Origin: a virus
IMG/VR virus record: IMGVR_UViG_3300037882_000671
Span: 1-40,445 of that record
Length of the DNA: 40,445 nucleotides
Reading direction: 5' to 3' (one strand)
Below, piece after piece: positions 1-6,766 of this stretch. Every line of letters begins with the position of its first letter. Position 1 is the stretch's first letter. Under the pieces are notes generated by a model, which searched no databases, was not told where the DNA came from, and saw only the letters and a list, made by a program, of their open reading frames with translations. The translations under genes and the position numbers were made by a program.

Positions 1-217
1 CCTCGGGGCCAACCTCAGGGACAACCTCTGGGCCAACCTCGGGGACAACCTCTGGGCCAACCTCGGGGACAACCTCTGGGCCAACCTCGGGGACAACCTC
101 AGGGCCAACCTCGGGGACAACCTCAGGGACAACCTCGGGGACAACCTCAGGGCCAACCTCGGGGACAACCTCAGGGACAACCTCTGGGCCAACCTCGGGG
201 CCAACCTCTGGGCCAAA
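1..217 (+). repeat. Tandem in-frame 12-bp repeat (ctc-Ngg-gNc-aac = L-[G/R/W]-[A/D]-N), 18 units. This is the distal part of the array that begins at 40071.
   Basis: Read directly: 18 consecutive 12-mers that differ only at two nucleotide positions. Bases 1-76 duplicate 40370-40445. Confidence 0.97.
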
Positions 218-865
218 GATTTTGAATATTTTGGCGGAAATCTTTGGTGTGCTTGGGAAGTATTTTATGATTTTTGCAATGAGATCGGAGTTCCTTATTC
301 AGATGAAAATAGAAGACTGCTTGATATGTGGCTTACTCAGTCTCGTCATTGTCATTTATGGTGGTCATACGAAAATATGGTGTTTATGTCAGAGCGGCCA
401 GCATCTGTGAAAGTAGATGACATGGGGAGATTGCACTGTGAAAATGATGCGGCACTCTATTATCACGATGGATATGCCCTGTATCATTGGCATGGCACGA
501 AAGTGCCTAAGAAATGGATTGAGGATAAGGCCAATCTTAAGCCGGAGGAGGTACTTTCGGCCTCTAATCTAGAACAACGCCTGGCGGGTTGTGAAATTCT
601 TGGGTGGGATAGAATACTTAAAGAACTTAAGGCGGTCACAATAGACAAAGACCCCGATCCTATGATGGGGGAGCTGCTAGAAGTGACTCTGCCAGATATT
701 CGTGAAAAACAGAAATTCCTCCGGGTGCAATGCGCCACAGGAAGGGTTTTTGCATTACGTGTTACACGCTTTCCTTATAAAACAGCGAAGGAGTGTAACG
801 CAGCTACATACGGTTGGACGCCTGAACAACCTATTGAACACTATATTCCACAAATCAGGCATTAA
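2..865 (+). CDS. 3' part of the tetrapeptide-repeat protein: repeat tail plus a ~215-aa globular C-terminal domain (DUF6745-like, name from memory). The 5' part is 39822..40445.
   Basis: Frame 2 is open from base 2 to the TAA at 863-865 and is the same frame as listed ORF 326..865. It joins the frame of 39822..40445 once the 76-bp overlap is collapsed. Motifs seen: WxxFYDF, SERP, LHCENDAALYYHDGY..WHG. Confidence 0.8.
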   Translation, partial: LGANLRDNLWANLGDNLWANLGDNLWANLGDNLRANLGDNLRDNLGDNLRANLGDNLRDNLWANLGANLWAKDFEYFGGNLWCAWEVFYDFCNEIGVPYSDENRRLLDMWLTQSRHCHLWWSYENMVFMSERPASVKVDDMGRLHCENDAALYYHDGYALYHWHGTKVPKKWIEDKANLKPEEVLSASNLEQRLAGCEILGWDRILKELKAVTIDKDPDPMMGELLEVTLPDIREKQKFLRVQCATGRVFALRVTRFPYKTAKECNAATYGWTPEQPIEHYIPQIRH

Positions 866-876
866 AGGGGATTAAA

Positions 877-1233
877 ATGAAAACATTTATTGATAATAAC
901 GCTGTGGCGCAAGGTGAACTTCTGATTCGCAAGGTGGATGCTCTTCCGAGTGGATTAAAAGAAATGGAAACCGAGAATGGCGCGTTCATTATAGGCCACA
1001 GTGAGACAGGTCACCACCATGTGGTACGCAAGCAAAAAGGTGTTGTTGTTTACGCCAATGATAATAACCCATTCGAGCTTTATCTGGTGGTTAATAATCC
1101 TGAGAAAGAGGCTGAATTAGAGCATCGACGCAATACTGATACTCATAAATCCTATTTCTTCGGTGACGGCATTTACCATATCCGCCGTCAATGGGAAGAC
1201 GATGGCAAAGATTTGCGCCCGGTAATCGATTAA
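877..1233 (+). CDS. Hypothetical protein, 118 aa (SETGHHHV motif)
   Basis: ATG preceded by aaaGGGGAttaaa; 11 nt after the previous stop; protein-like composition. Confidence 0.75.
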   Translation: MKTFIDNNAVAQGELLIRKVDALPSGLKEMETENGAFIIGHSETGHHHVVRKQKGVVVYANDNNPFELYLVVNNPEKEAELEHRRNTDTHKSYFFGDGIYHIRRQWEDDGKDLRPVID

Positions 1234-1385
1234 TGCAACTCCACACCGTTGACGATTTACAAATCCTGGCTTCTAACACTGCCGTCCAAAAAGCCAACGG
1301 CAACACGGATCACATAACGGTTTATGAGATGTATTACAGCAATGGAATGGGTAGCTGCATACGTGTGGTTTTTGAGGAGGTGTGA
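1233..1385 (+). CDS. Hypothetical small protein, 50 aa
   Basis: Internal ATG of ORF 1191..1385 overlaps the upstream stop (TAATG). Starts MQLHTVDDLQ. Confidence 0.5.
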   Translation: MQLHTVDDLQILASNTAVQKANGNTDHITVYEMYYSNGMGSCIRVVFEEV

Positions 1386-1520
1386 ATGTCGATGGATAGA
1401 TGCAAAAGCTGTGACCGCTTAGTTGATACCGATTTAGATACTGAGTGTTATTACTCAGAATCTGATGAAGGTGGCCCTTGTATTTGTGAATGGTGCAGAG
1501 AGGAAAAATGCGCGTGTTAG
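1386..1520 (+). CDS. Small Cys-rich zinc-ribbon-like protein, 44 aa (MSMDRCKSCDRLVDTD..ECYY..CICEWCREEKCAC)
   Basis: The ATG directly follows TGA 1383-1385. Below the ORF-track cutoff. Paralogous to 35130..35273. Overlaps the methyltransferase start. Confidence 0.45.
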   Translation: MSMDRCKSCDRLVDTDLDTECYYSESDEGGPCICEWCREEKCAC

Positions 1521-1975
1521 TGGCGTGTGAATATAGTGGTGTGGTGCGTGACCAGTTCTTACGAATGGGCCATGACGCCATATCATGCGATATTGAGCCT
1601 ACTGAAAGCAAGGGGCCGCATATCCAAGATGATGTGCTGGCGGTCATCAATGACGGCTGGGACATGATGATTGCACACCCGCCATGCACCTACCTTGCTA
1701 ACAGCGGGAATAAGCATCTTTATATTGAGCATGATAGAGAAGATAAAGCACAAAAAGCAGCTCTATTTTTCCGTCAATTACTTAACGCACCGATTCCAAA
1801 GATATGCGTAGAGAATCCAGTAATGCGCCAAGCAGTTTATCGTGTGGGCAGGAAACACGACCAACTCATACAGCCGCATCAATTCGGGCATCTGGAAACC
1901 AAGGCAACTTGTTTGTGGCTGAAAGGACTGCCCCCCCCTAACGCACATTACGCCACAGTTAAAGGAAGTTGTTAA
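1508..1975 (+). CDS. DNA (cytosine-5)-methyltransferase-like protein, N-terminal 3/4. The reading frame is lost at the C8 tract 1931-1938.
   Basis: MRVLVACEYSG (motif I-like), HPPCTY (PC catalytic motif), ENP (motif VI-like), QPHQFGH, KATCLWLKGLPP. SD agaGGAaaa lies before ATG 1508. Confidence 0.75.
   Translation: MRVLVACEYSGVVRDQFLRMGHDAISCDIEPTESKGPHIQDDVLAVINDGWDMMIAHPPCTYLANSGNKHLYIEHDREDKAQKAALFFRQLLNAPIPKICVENPVMRQAVYRVGRKHDQLIQPHQFGHLETKATCLWLKGLPPPNAHYATVKGSC
1931..1938 (+). repeat. C8 homopolymer inside the methyltransferase gene
   Basis: Read directly: g-cccccccc-ta. Confidence 0.97.
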
Positions 1976-2105
1976 ATCTATGGATAAAAGAGATTCACAG
2001 AAAGTGTTTCATATGCCACCAGGAAAAGACCGGGGAGATATGCGAAGTATTACATATCACGGGATTGCATACGCATTTGCTAACCAATGGGGAAAGCATG
2101 ACTAA
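1938..2105 (+). pseudogene. C-terminal segment of the same methyltransferase in the adjacent frame (..LTHITPQLKEVVKSMDKRDSQKVFHMPPGKDRGDMRSITYHGIAYAFANQWGKHD*)
   Basis: With C7 instead of C8 the ORF would run 1508..2105. The tail motif RS.T..GIA.A.A.QWG is the usual C-terminus of this short phage MTase family (from memory). Confidence 0.6.
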
Positions 2106-2409
2106 AACCGCACAAGAATTAGCTCTGGCATTAAAGGGTATTCTGGATAGTGGCGATGAAATGCACGCTGATAATCAGCTAACCATTCTGGACGCTTCTA
2201 TATTCCTAGCCAATATCGCCATGGAACCACCCCACCCCTCGCTTCCCAAGCGTGAGAAGATTGTGGGGGAGATGGCACAAGCTATATGGAAACGCCTTGA
2301 TCCAAATGATGAGATAGCTGGCATGGGGATAATGCCAAACCGTTTTTATGAAGCCGCCAATTTAGCATACACCATCATATCGCCGTATCTGGCGAGGGGG
2401 AAAGAGTGA
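2098..2409 (+). CDS. Hypothetical protein, 103 aa
   Basis: ATG 2098 (MTKTAQELA..) after GGGGAaagc. It would overlap the repaired MTase stop (ATGACTAA). Listed ORF 1969..2409 has an unlikely TTG extension. Confidence 0.65.
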   Translation: MTKTAQELALALKGILDSGDEMHADNQLTILDASIFLANIAMEPPHPSLPKREKIVGEMAQAIWKRLDPNDEIAGMGIMPNRFYEAANLAYTIISPYLARGKE

Positions 2410-2675
2410 GTAATTTTGATATTAAATTTATGCCTTCTGGTAGGGGTAAGGCGCAATGCCCTCCAAATCCTGATTTTCCAGGTGGTAAGGAAATACCAAC
2501 ACCAAGCGGCTTTGGTTGCTGGGTTGACCTACCCTATCCAGCGCCCGAATGCGGGGCTTACGCAGTTCGGTGTCATCAATGCGGCTCTTCCTGCGCCATC
2601 ACATCCGTAGGAAGGCCAGATGACCCAAAGCGTTTTCAAATGATGTGTAAAATTAACAAGGAGAATACCCAATGA
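2406..2675 (+). CDS. Hypothetical Cys-rich protein, 89 aa
   Basis: GTG overlaps the upstream TGA (GTGA); SD GGGGGaaaga. Contains CHQCGSSC. Confidence 0.6.
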   Translation: MSNFDIKFMPSGRGKAQCPPNPDFPGGKEIPTPSGFGCWVDLPYPAPECGAYAVRCHQCGSSCAITSVGRPDDPKRFQMMCKINKENTQ

Positions 2676-2704
2676 AATATCCGGTATTATGTAGCAAACA
2701 CACC

Positions 2705-3340
2705 TCAAAACGGCGGTGGTTTTGGCCCTACAATTATTTCCAATTCTTTCCTCGCTGCGGCGAATCGCATAGATACCTTTGCGTTTCCAAAAGCCTGCGC
2801 TACGGCTTTGAACTCTTTCGAGTCCTCAGGAGAGCCAATGTATAATCCGAAATCATTGCCACTAGCAGCAAGGGAGGTAATACGTTTAACTTTTATAGAA
2901 GCCGCTTTAAGAGCAACTTGTATATCTGAGGCATACTGCGTGCTTTCGGGATCGCTATTAAGAACAAGCAAGCCTATTGTTTCTATTCCTTGTCCCGTAA
3001 GACTACTTACTAAGCTATCATGCTGCTCTTTGCTTAGCCGTCTCCAAGCCATACTCTGCTTTAGACGTTCTTGTTCTGTACGAGCTTCAGCAGCTTCCTT
3101 GGTCAGTATAGCCGCTCGTTCATTAGTTAAGGCAGCTTCTTTGGCTGCTATTGCCAAACGTTGCTTTAGACGATCCTCTTTTATATTGGAAGTAATCACA
3201 ATGGCATACGTTGCGATGACGCCCACCACTAGTGAAGCTAAAAGCGACCAGTTGGCTACAGCACTAACAGCATCGACTGACATACCTTTAATAGCCTTTG
3301 TCTTTTTCCCTATAATCCTTCTAACGGTTTTAATCGGCAT
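2705..3340 (-). CDS. Membrane-anchored coiled-coil protein, 211 aa, on the opposite strand to all its neighbours (accessory/moron-like)
   Basis: Hydrophobic helix WSLLASLVVGVIATYAIVI, then a Lys/Glu/Ala-rich coiled coil, then a globular C-terminus. The antisense ORF 2808..3380 has Ser/Leu/Arg/Cys-rich junk composition. No clear SD, so the start is uncertain. Confidence 0.7.
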   Translation of the reverse strand: MPIKTVRRIIGKKTKAIKGMSVDAVSAVANWSLLASLVVGVIATYAIVITSNIKEDRLKQRLAIAAKEAALTNERAAILTKEAAEARTEQERLKQSMAWRRLSKEQHDSLVSSLTGQGIETIGLLVLNSDPESTQYASDIQVALKAASIKVKRITSLAASGNDFGLYIGSPEDSKEFKAVAQAFGNAKVSMRFAAARKELEIIVGPKPPPF

Positions 3341-3342
3341 AG

Positions 3343-3540
3343 GGGTGCTTATTTATCTTGCTAAAAAAATGCGCTCTTAATCATCTGCCAATTTTACATG
3401 CTTACGCAGAAGAAATGGCATGGCGGGAAGATAACCGGAGAATCAATAACGGAGAGCTTTATCTGATAGCTACGAATGCCGCCTTACAAAGCCCTGTTTC
3501 CCGGCAGTGGAAGGGCTATTGGCAACGTAATATGGCCTAA
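3343..3540 (+). pseudogene. Probable C-terminal remnant of an IS1595 (ISXO2-like) family transposase
   Basis: The frame is open only from 3343. The peptide ..NHLPILHAYAEEMAWREDNRRINNGELY...SPVSRQWKGYWQRN resembles from memory the C-terminal HL..Y..E..WRE.NRR...G...GYWQR tail of these transposases. No catalytic domain is present. Confidence 0.35.
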
Positions 3541-3598
3541 TACAAAAAATATCTATTATTTCTTGTATAATTGCCTATATAGCTTATTTATACGCTTC

Positions 3599-3624
3599 CT
3601 GTATTTATGGTAATACAGTATAAT
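3599..3624 (+). promoter_or_regulatory. Consensus -10 TATAAT (3619-3624) preceded by the inverted repeat CTGTATT-N6-AATACAG (3599-3618)
   Basis: Read directly in the A+T-rich 3541-3640 spacer. The -35 is poor (TTCCTG). The ATG at 3641 is only ~10 nt from the expected transcription start. Confidence 0.35.
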
Positions 3625-3640
3625 TACAGTGTCTGTCCCT

Positions 3641-4069
3641 ATGTCGAATGAAGATATTTTAAATAAAATTATTCAAACTATTTCTGGGTCTAATAACCCG
3701 AAAATAGAACGGGTTCGTTTAAATCAAATAAGTGATTTTATAAAGACCACGATTAATGGTGATGAAGCAAAAGAATGCCTAACTGTTAACGCAATCCTAA
3801 AAAAGGATACAGATGGCATCCTTGTTTATGTTCTTACAAATCTTAGATTAATCAATATAGAGATTGACGCACACGCTGTAAGGTCTTCTAGTTTTCCCCT
3901 TGATACAATGATAGGCATAGATAGAAAACTGATGGACGGCAATAGAATTGCTGTTGAGGTTTCCTTTCAAAATGGCTCTCTTGGCTTAGCTTATTCTTCT
4001 ACGGATCAGACCACTACTGATTTCTTCCAGAAAGTAGACCAATCAAGGGTGTTGCGCTCAAATGGCTAG
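3641..4069 (+). CDS. Hypothetical protein, 142 aa, in a visibly A+T-rich gene (possible PH-like fold; guess only)
   Basis: ORF 3629(GTG)/3641(ATG)..4069. Lys/Asn/Ile-rich composition differs from the neighbours. Confidence 0.65.
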   Translation: MSNEDILNKIIQTISGSNNPKIERVRLNQISDFIKTTINGDEAKECLTVNAILKKDTDGILVYVLTNLRLINIEIDAHAVRSSSFPLDTMIGIDRKLMDGNRIAVEVSFQNGSLGLAYSSTDQTTTDFFQKVDQSRVLRSNG

Positions 4070-4257
4070 GAATACTAACGTTCAGCTAGGTAGTGGAAGC
4101 CTTAATGATGTTAGGCTGGAACTTGATGGAAAAATTGAGAAGAGAGTTCCTTATGGTGTTTTCACCTTACCGGCAAGATGATAATAAAACTGAGCAATGG
4201 TAGGTATGTATTATCTACCGAATGTCAATACTCACTTCTTGAAAAGGTAACGCGCCA

Positions 4258-4503
4258 ATGACCCTTCACGAACGGATTGCTGCTTTAAATGAGGTAAAGT
4301 CAACAACACCTAGCGGTGATTGCTCACAATGGGAAGTCGTTGATGCTGATGAATTTGCAGAAGCAAAAGCCATCATCACCGAGGTGCAGGAAGTTATGCG
4401 GGAGGTGGCCGATAAGTTAACACCCATAAAGAATGTTGATTGCCATGGTAGAGATATATCCGAAGCAATAGCAAAACTCACCACAGCACTGGGGGAGAAA
4501 TGA
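4258..4503 (+). CDS. Hypothetical protein, 81 aa
   Basis: ATG ORF with acidic, helical-looking sequence. Confidence 0.65.
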   Translation: MTLHERIAALNEVKSTTPSGDCSQWEVVDADEFAEAKAIITEVQEVMREVADKLTPIKNVDCHGRDISEAIAKLTTALGEK

Positions 4504-4527
4504 CAGGTCTAGGTCTCCAGTTATTCA

Positions 4528-4725
4528 GTGCCGGGGGAGACTCCGCGCTACACAATGTGTTTCGCTTTCGCTCATCAGGCGCAAGTGGCACTCCAGATGC
4601 TTCCGTGTCAACCTGTCTGGGAAGCCCACGCTTGGGCGGAAGTGGTGCTAAGAGATTACGTGCTGGCTAAAAAGGGAGCTATAGAAACTACCCGTATATC
4701 CCCCCACCGGCGAGAAGGAAAATAA
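4528..4725 (+). CDS. Hypothetical protein, 65 aa (start uncertain)
   Basis: GTG ORF ending 2 nt before the next ATG. No SD. A competing 56-aa ORF from ATG 4500 (ATGA overlap) has Gly/Ser/Arg-rich composition. Confidence 0.35.
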   Translation: MPGETPRYTMCFAFAHQAQVALQMLPCQPVWEAHAWAEVVLRDYVLAKKGAIETTRISPHRREGK

Positions 4726-4727
4726 AC

Positions 4728-5240
4728 ATGAGTAATGATATGAAAATGACGCCGTCTAAACCAGTTAAAACGGGCACAACGGATATGCTATTACGGCAAA
4801 CTCCAGAAGAGCCATCTATGACGGATAATTCACCAGCCGATGAGGCAATAAAAGTATTCAAAGAGCTTCAACAACCCACCCCCACCGCGCAGGGTGATGT
4901 GGTGGGATTAGAAGATGTGGTTAGTACGATGGTGCGGGCGGCGGGGATAGCAACTCTCACCAATATGGGATCGATGATTCTTGATATATCAGAGGAAAAT
5001 CTTAGAAAGATGACGCCCATACATTATCGGCTAATAATGCCAGCCATTCTTGAGGCCATTAACTACAAAGCCCTCCTAGCCGAGCGTGATAGGCTTCGTA
5101 TTGCCCTTGTAGAAACTGCCATACCCCTAGAGGCAATATTGCTTGCCGGTACGGAGAAAAGCCACAGCCCTGAATTACAGGATGGTATAAAACACGCGGT
5201 GGATATTATCAGGAGGGAAATCGGAGACAATCATGCTTGA
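4728..5240 (+). CDS. Hypothetical protein, 170 aa
   Basis: SD GAGAAGGAAA 6 nt before the ATG. Confidence 0.75.
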   Translation: MSNDMKMTPSKPVKTGTTDMLLRQTPEEPSMTDNSPADEAIKVFKELQQPTPTAQGDVVGLEDVVSTMVRAAGIATLTNMGSMILDISEENLRKMTPIHYRLIMPAILEAINYKALLAERDRLRIALVETAIPLEAILLAGTEKSHSPELQDGIKHAVDIIRREIGDNHA

Positions 5241-5313
5241 TTACACCGGCTATACCATCCTAGTAATGATGATGCTTTTTATAGCCGGATTGGTGATAGG
5301 AAAATCGTTATGA
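5233..5313 (+). CDS. Micro-ORF, 26-aa single-pass membrane peptide (MLDYTGYTILVMMMLFIAGLVIGKSL)
   Basis: GGAG 6 nt upstream. The ATG lies within the upstream gene end (ATGCTTGA). Below the track cutoff. Confidence 0.4.
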   Translation: MLDYTGYTILVMMMLFIAGLVIGKSL

Positions 5314-5350
5314 CGCCATAATATCGGATAAGATTAATAAGATTTGAAAT

Positions 5351-5374
5351 ATGCCCCATATTAATGGGGGGCAT
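5351..5374 (+). terminator. Hairpin ATGCCCC-N10-GGGGCAT with no U-tract; possible terminator or regulatory stem
   Basis: 7-bp GC-rich stem read directly in the 77-nt gap after 5313. Confidence 0.25.
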
Positions 5375-5399
5375 TAATAACCAAAGGAGAATGAACGGG

Positions 5400-5573
5400 A
5401 TGGATAACAATGACGAATGGCAGCATTTTACTTACGCTTGCGATCCGAAGAAAGCAAAGATGCGCCTATGGCTCGATGGTTACGAAATACCAAGCTGGTT
5501 GCCTCGTAAATTCACAAATTTGTATCTGAAAATAATGCGTATTATCAGACCTAAGAAACACTGGGGAGGATAG
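5400..5573 (+). CDS. Hypothetical protein, 57 aa (alternative starts 5364 and 5391)
   Basis: AAGGAG at 5384-5389 is 10 nt before ATG 5400. Confidence 0.55.
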   Translation: MDNNDEWQHFTYACDPKKAKMRLWLDGYEIPSWLPRKFTNLYLKIMRIIRPKKHWGG

Positions 5574-5575
5574 AA

Positions 5576-5872
5576 ATGACCATCCAAAAGTTCATAGACG
5601 AGGCGCGGGAGCGGAATAGGCTTAAGCTTCGTGACACAAAGACGAACGAAAGTTTAAAGTTTGATAGCCCATATCATATTAATGATGATTTATCGCTATG
5701 CTTAGAAATGCTTGAGATATTGAGTGTGGCTGTAGAGTTTTATGCAACTGAAAAGCATATATCTATAAGCTATGCCAGAAATGAAGAGGGCGCTTATGAA
5801 GATGAAATTGAAAAGGGTGACAAAGCCCAAGAAGCCCTACAGCAATGCGAGAGGATTGTGGATGGAAAATAG
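5576..5872 (+). CDS. Hypothetical protein, 98 aa
   Basis: SD GGGGAGG; starts 2 nt after the previous stop. Confidence 0.7.
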   Translation: MTIQKFIDEARERNRLKLRDTKTNESLKFDSPYHINDDLSLCLEMLEILSVAVEFYATEKHISISYARNEEGAYEDEIEKGDKAQEALQQCERIVDGK

Positions 5873-5879
5873 GGATAAC

Positions 5880-5929
5880 GAAAATAATTGAAAATAACGC
5901 TTGCACGAACTATTGAGTATTGCTATAAC
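5880..5929 (+). promoter_or_regulatory. Sigma70-like promoter TTGCAC(5901-5906)-N17-TATAAC(5924-5929), with two GAAAATAA direct repeats (5880-5887, 5890-5897) just upstream
   Basis: Read directly in the 71-nt gap between 5872 and 5944. Confidence 0.45.
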
Positions 5930-5970
5930 TAACTTTTGCCGCAATGAAGTGGCGGAAAATAAGGGGCTTC

Positions 5971-6153
5971 ATGACATACGCACAAGAAACAATCCTAACT
6001 GAATTAATCGCGGAGGGCTTCAAAGCTCGCATATCCACCACCGGCTGGCTTTTGGTTTCCGGCCTGCGTACCACGTGGCAGGAAGGCTACTGGATGGCGT
6101 TTCTGGGTTGGAAGCGTGGGACGAATCCGCCCAAGATTGTGAGGGTAGCGTAA
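5971..6153 (+). CDS. Hypothetical protein, 60 aa (alternative start 5944)
   Basis: AAGGGG before ATG 5971. ATG 5944 has no SD. Confidence 0.55.
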   Translation: MTYAQETILTELIAEGFKARISTTGWLLVSGLRTTWQEGYWMAFLGWKRGTNPPKIVRVA

Positions 6154-6503
6154 TGTCAGAGATTAACCGCGAAGCATTGGAAAACACCAGCAATTATTGC
6201 TTTGAGATGCTTAACAATGATGGTTGGGAGCCGGGAGAACTATCAGCGAAAAATATAGTAGAAAACATTGTTAGTCATTATTTGGAGCGAGCCGCCTATT
6301 TTGCTGATGAGGAGGGGGCGGAGGAAACTTTGTGCATGAAAGCCGAGGAAGCATTGTATGCCTTCATTAAGGAGGGTTGCGCCCAGAAAGGCGAGCCATA
6401 TAGCCGCGATGGCTTTAAGATGCTAAAAACTGAACATGCAGACGATTTCGACGATGAACTTGTGCAAATGAAATGCGCCCTAAAAGCTGCGGAGGATTTA
6501 TGA
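6153..6503 (+). CDS. Strongly acidic hypothetical protein, 116 aa
   Basis: TAATG overlap. By my count 27 D/E versus 11 K/R. Confidence 0.7.
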   Translation: MSEINREALENTSNYCFEMLNNDGWEPGELSAKNIVENIVSHYLERAAYFADEEGAEETLCMKAEEALYAFIKEGCAQKGEPYSRDGFKMLKTEHADDFDDELVQMKCALKAAEDL

Positions 6504-6766
6504 GTGAATCAACGCCGGAAGCCAATCTCGAACGCCTCAGCCGCGCGCTTTCCGTCATGCAATTGATGATGGATTGCGCCAATAGTCAGTCACTCGGCTC
6601 AATGGACGCTATGCCGGAATCAGACCGCGACGCCATGCTGGGCGTCCTGTATAAATCATGGAGCGAGCGGCTCATGCTGGCCGATATGTTCGGCATGGGC
6701 GTCATCACGCTGAAATTCGATGCGGAGGCGAAGGACTGGATCGTTGCGCTGAAAGGAACTGTATGA
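6500..6766 (+). CDS. Hypothetical protein, 88 aa
   Basis: ATGA overlap with the upstream stop. Confidence 0.7.
   Translation: MSESTPEANLERLSRALSVMQLMMDCANSQSLGSMDAMPESDRDAMLGVLYKSWSERLMLADMFGMGVITLKFDAEAKDWIVALKGTV

Noticed and set aside
1-217. Possible CRISPR array or terminal direct repeat of the virion DNA.
   Set aside because: - The units are 12 bp, contiguous and without spacers, and they lie in frame inside a gene, so this is not a CRISPR array.
- The 76-bp end identity lies inside a tandem array. It is more simply explained by circular assembly overlap than by a bona fide DTR.
222-410. 62-aa + ORF (MNILAEIFGV...) just after the repeat.
   Set aside because: It is out of frame with, and wholly inside, the open frame that runs from base 2 to 865 and carries recognisable conserved motifs.
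2672-2842. ATGA-coupled ~56-aa + ORF (MKYPVLCSKHTSKRRWFW...) after 2406..2675.
   Set aside because: It runs antisense through the 3' end of the 211-aa gene, has aromatic/Arg-rich odd composition and has no SD. It is probably a chance ORF.
2808-3380. 190-aa + ORF overlapping the 211-aa - strand gene.
   Set aside because: It has Ser/Leu/Arg/Cys-rich junk-like composition. The - strand product has a clear TM helix, a coiled coil and a globular domain.
4063-4182. 39-aa ORF (MARNTNVQLGSGSLNDVRLELDGKIEKRVPYGVFTLPAR) overlapping the stop of 3641..4069.
   Set aside because: It is plausibly a fragment of a fibre-like N-terminus, but it is very short, has no SD and lies in the degenerate island. Evidence is insufficient to call it a gene.
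2684-4219. 12-mers gtattatgtagc and gtattatctacc as target-site duplications flanking the island.
   Set aside because: Only 9/12 are identical in A+T-rich sequence, which is easily chance. I mention it in the island finding but do not rely on it.
4500-4670. ATGA-coupled 56-aa + ORF (MTGLGLQLFSAGGDSALHNV...) competing with 4528..4725.
   Set aside because: Gly/Ser/Arg/Leu-rich composition, and it leaves a 57-nt gap before the next gene. I kept the alternative frame at low confidence, and neither is secure.
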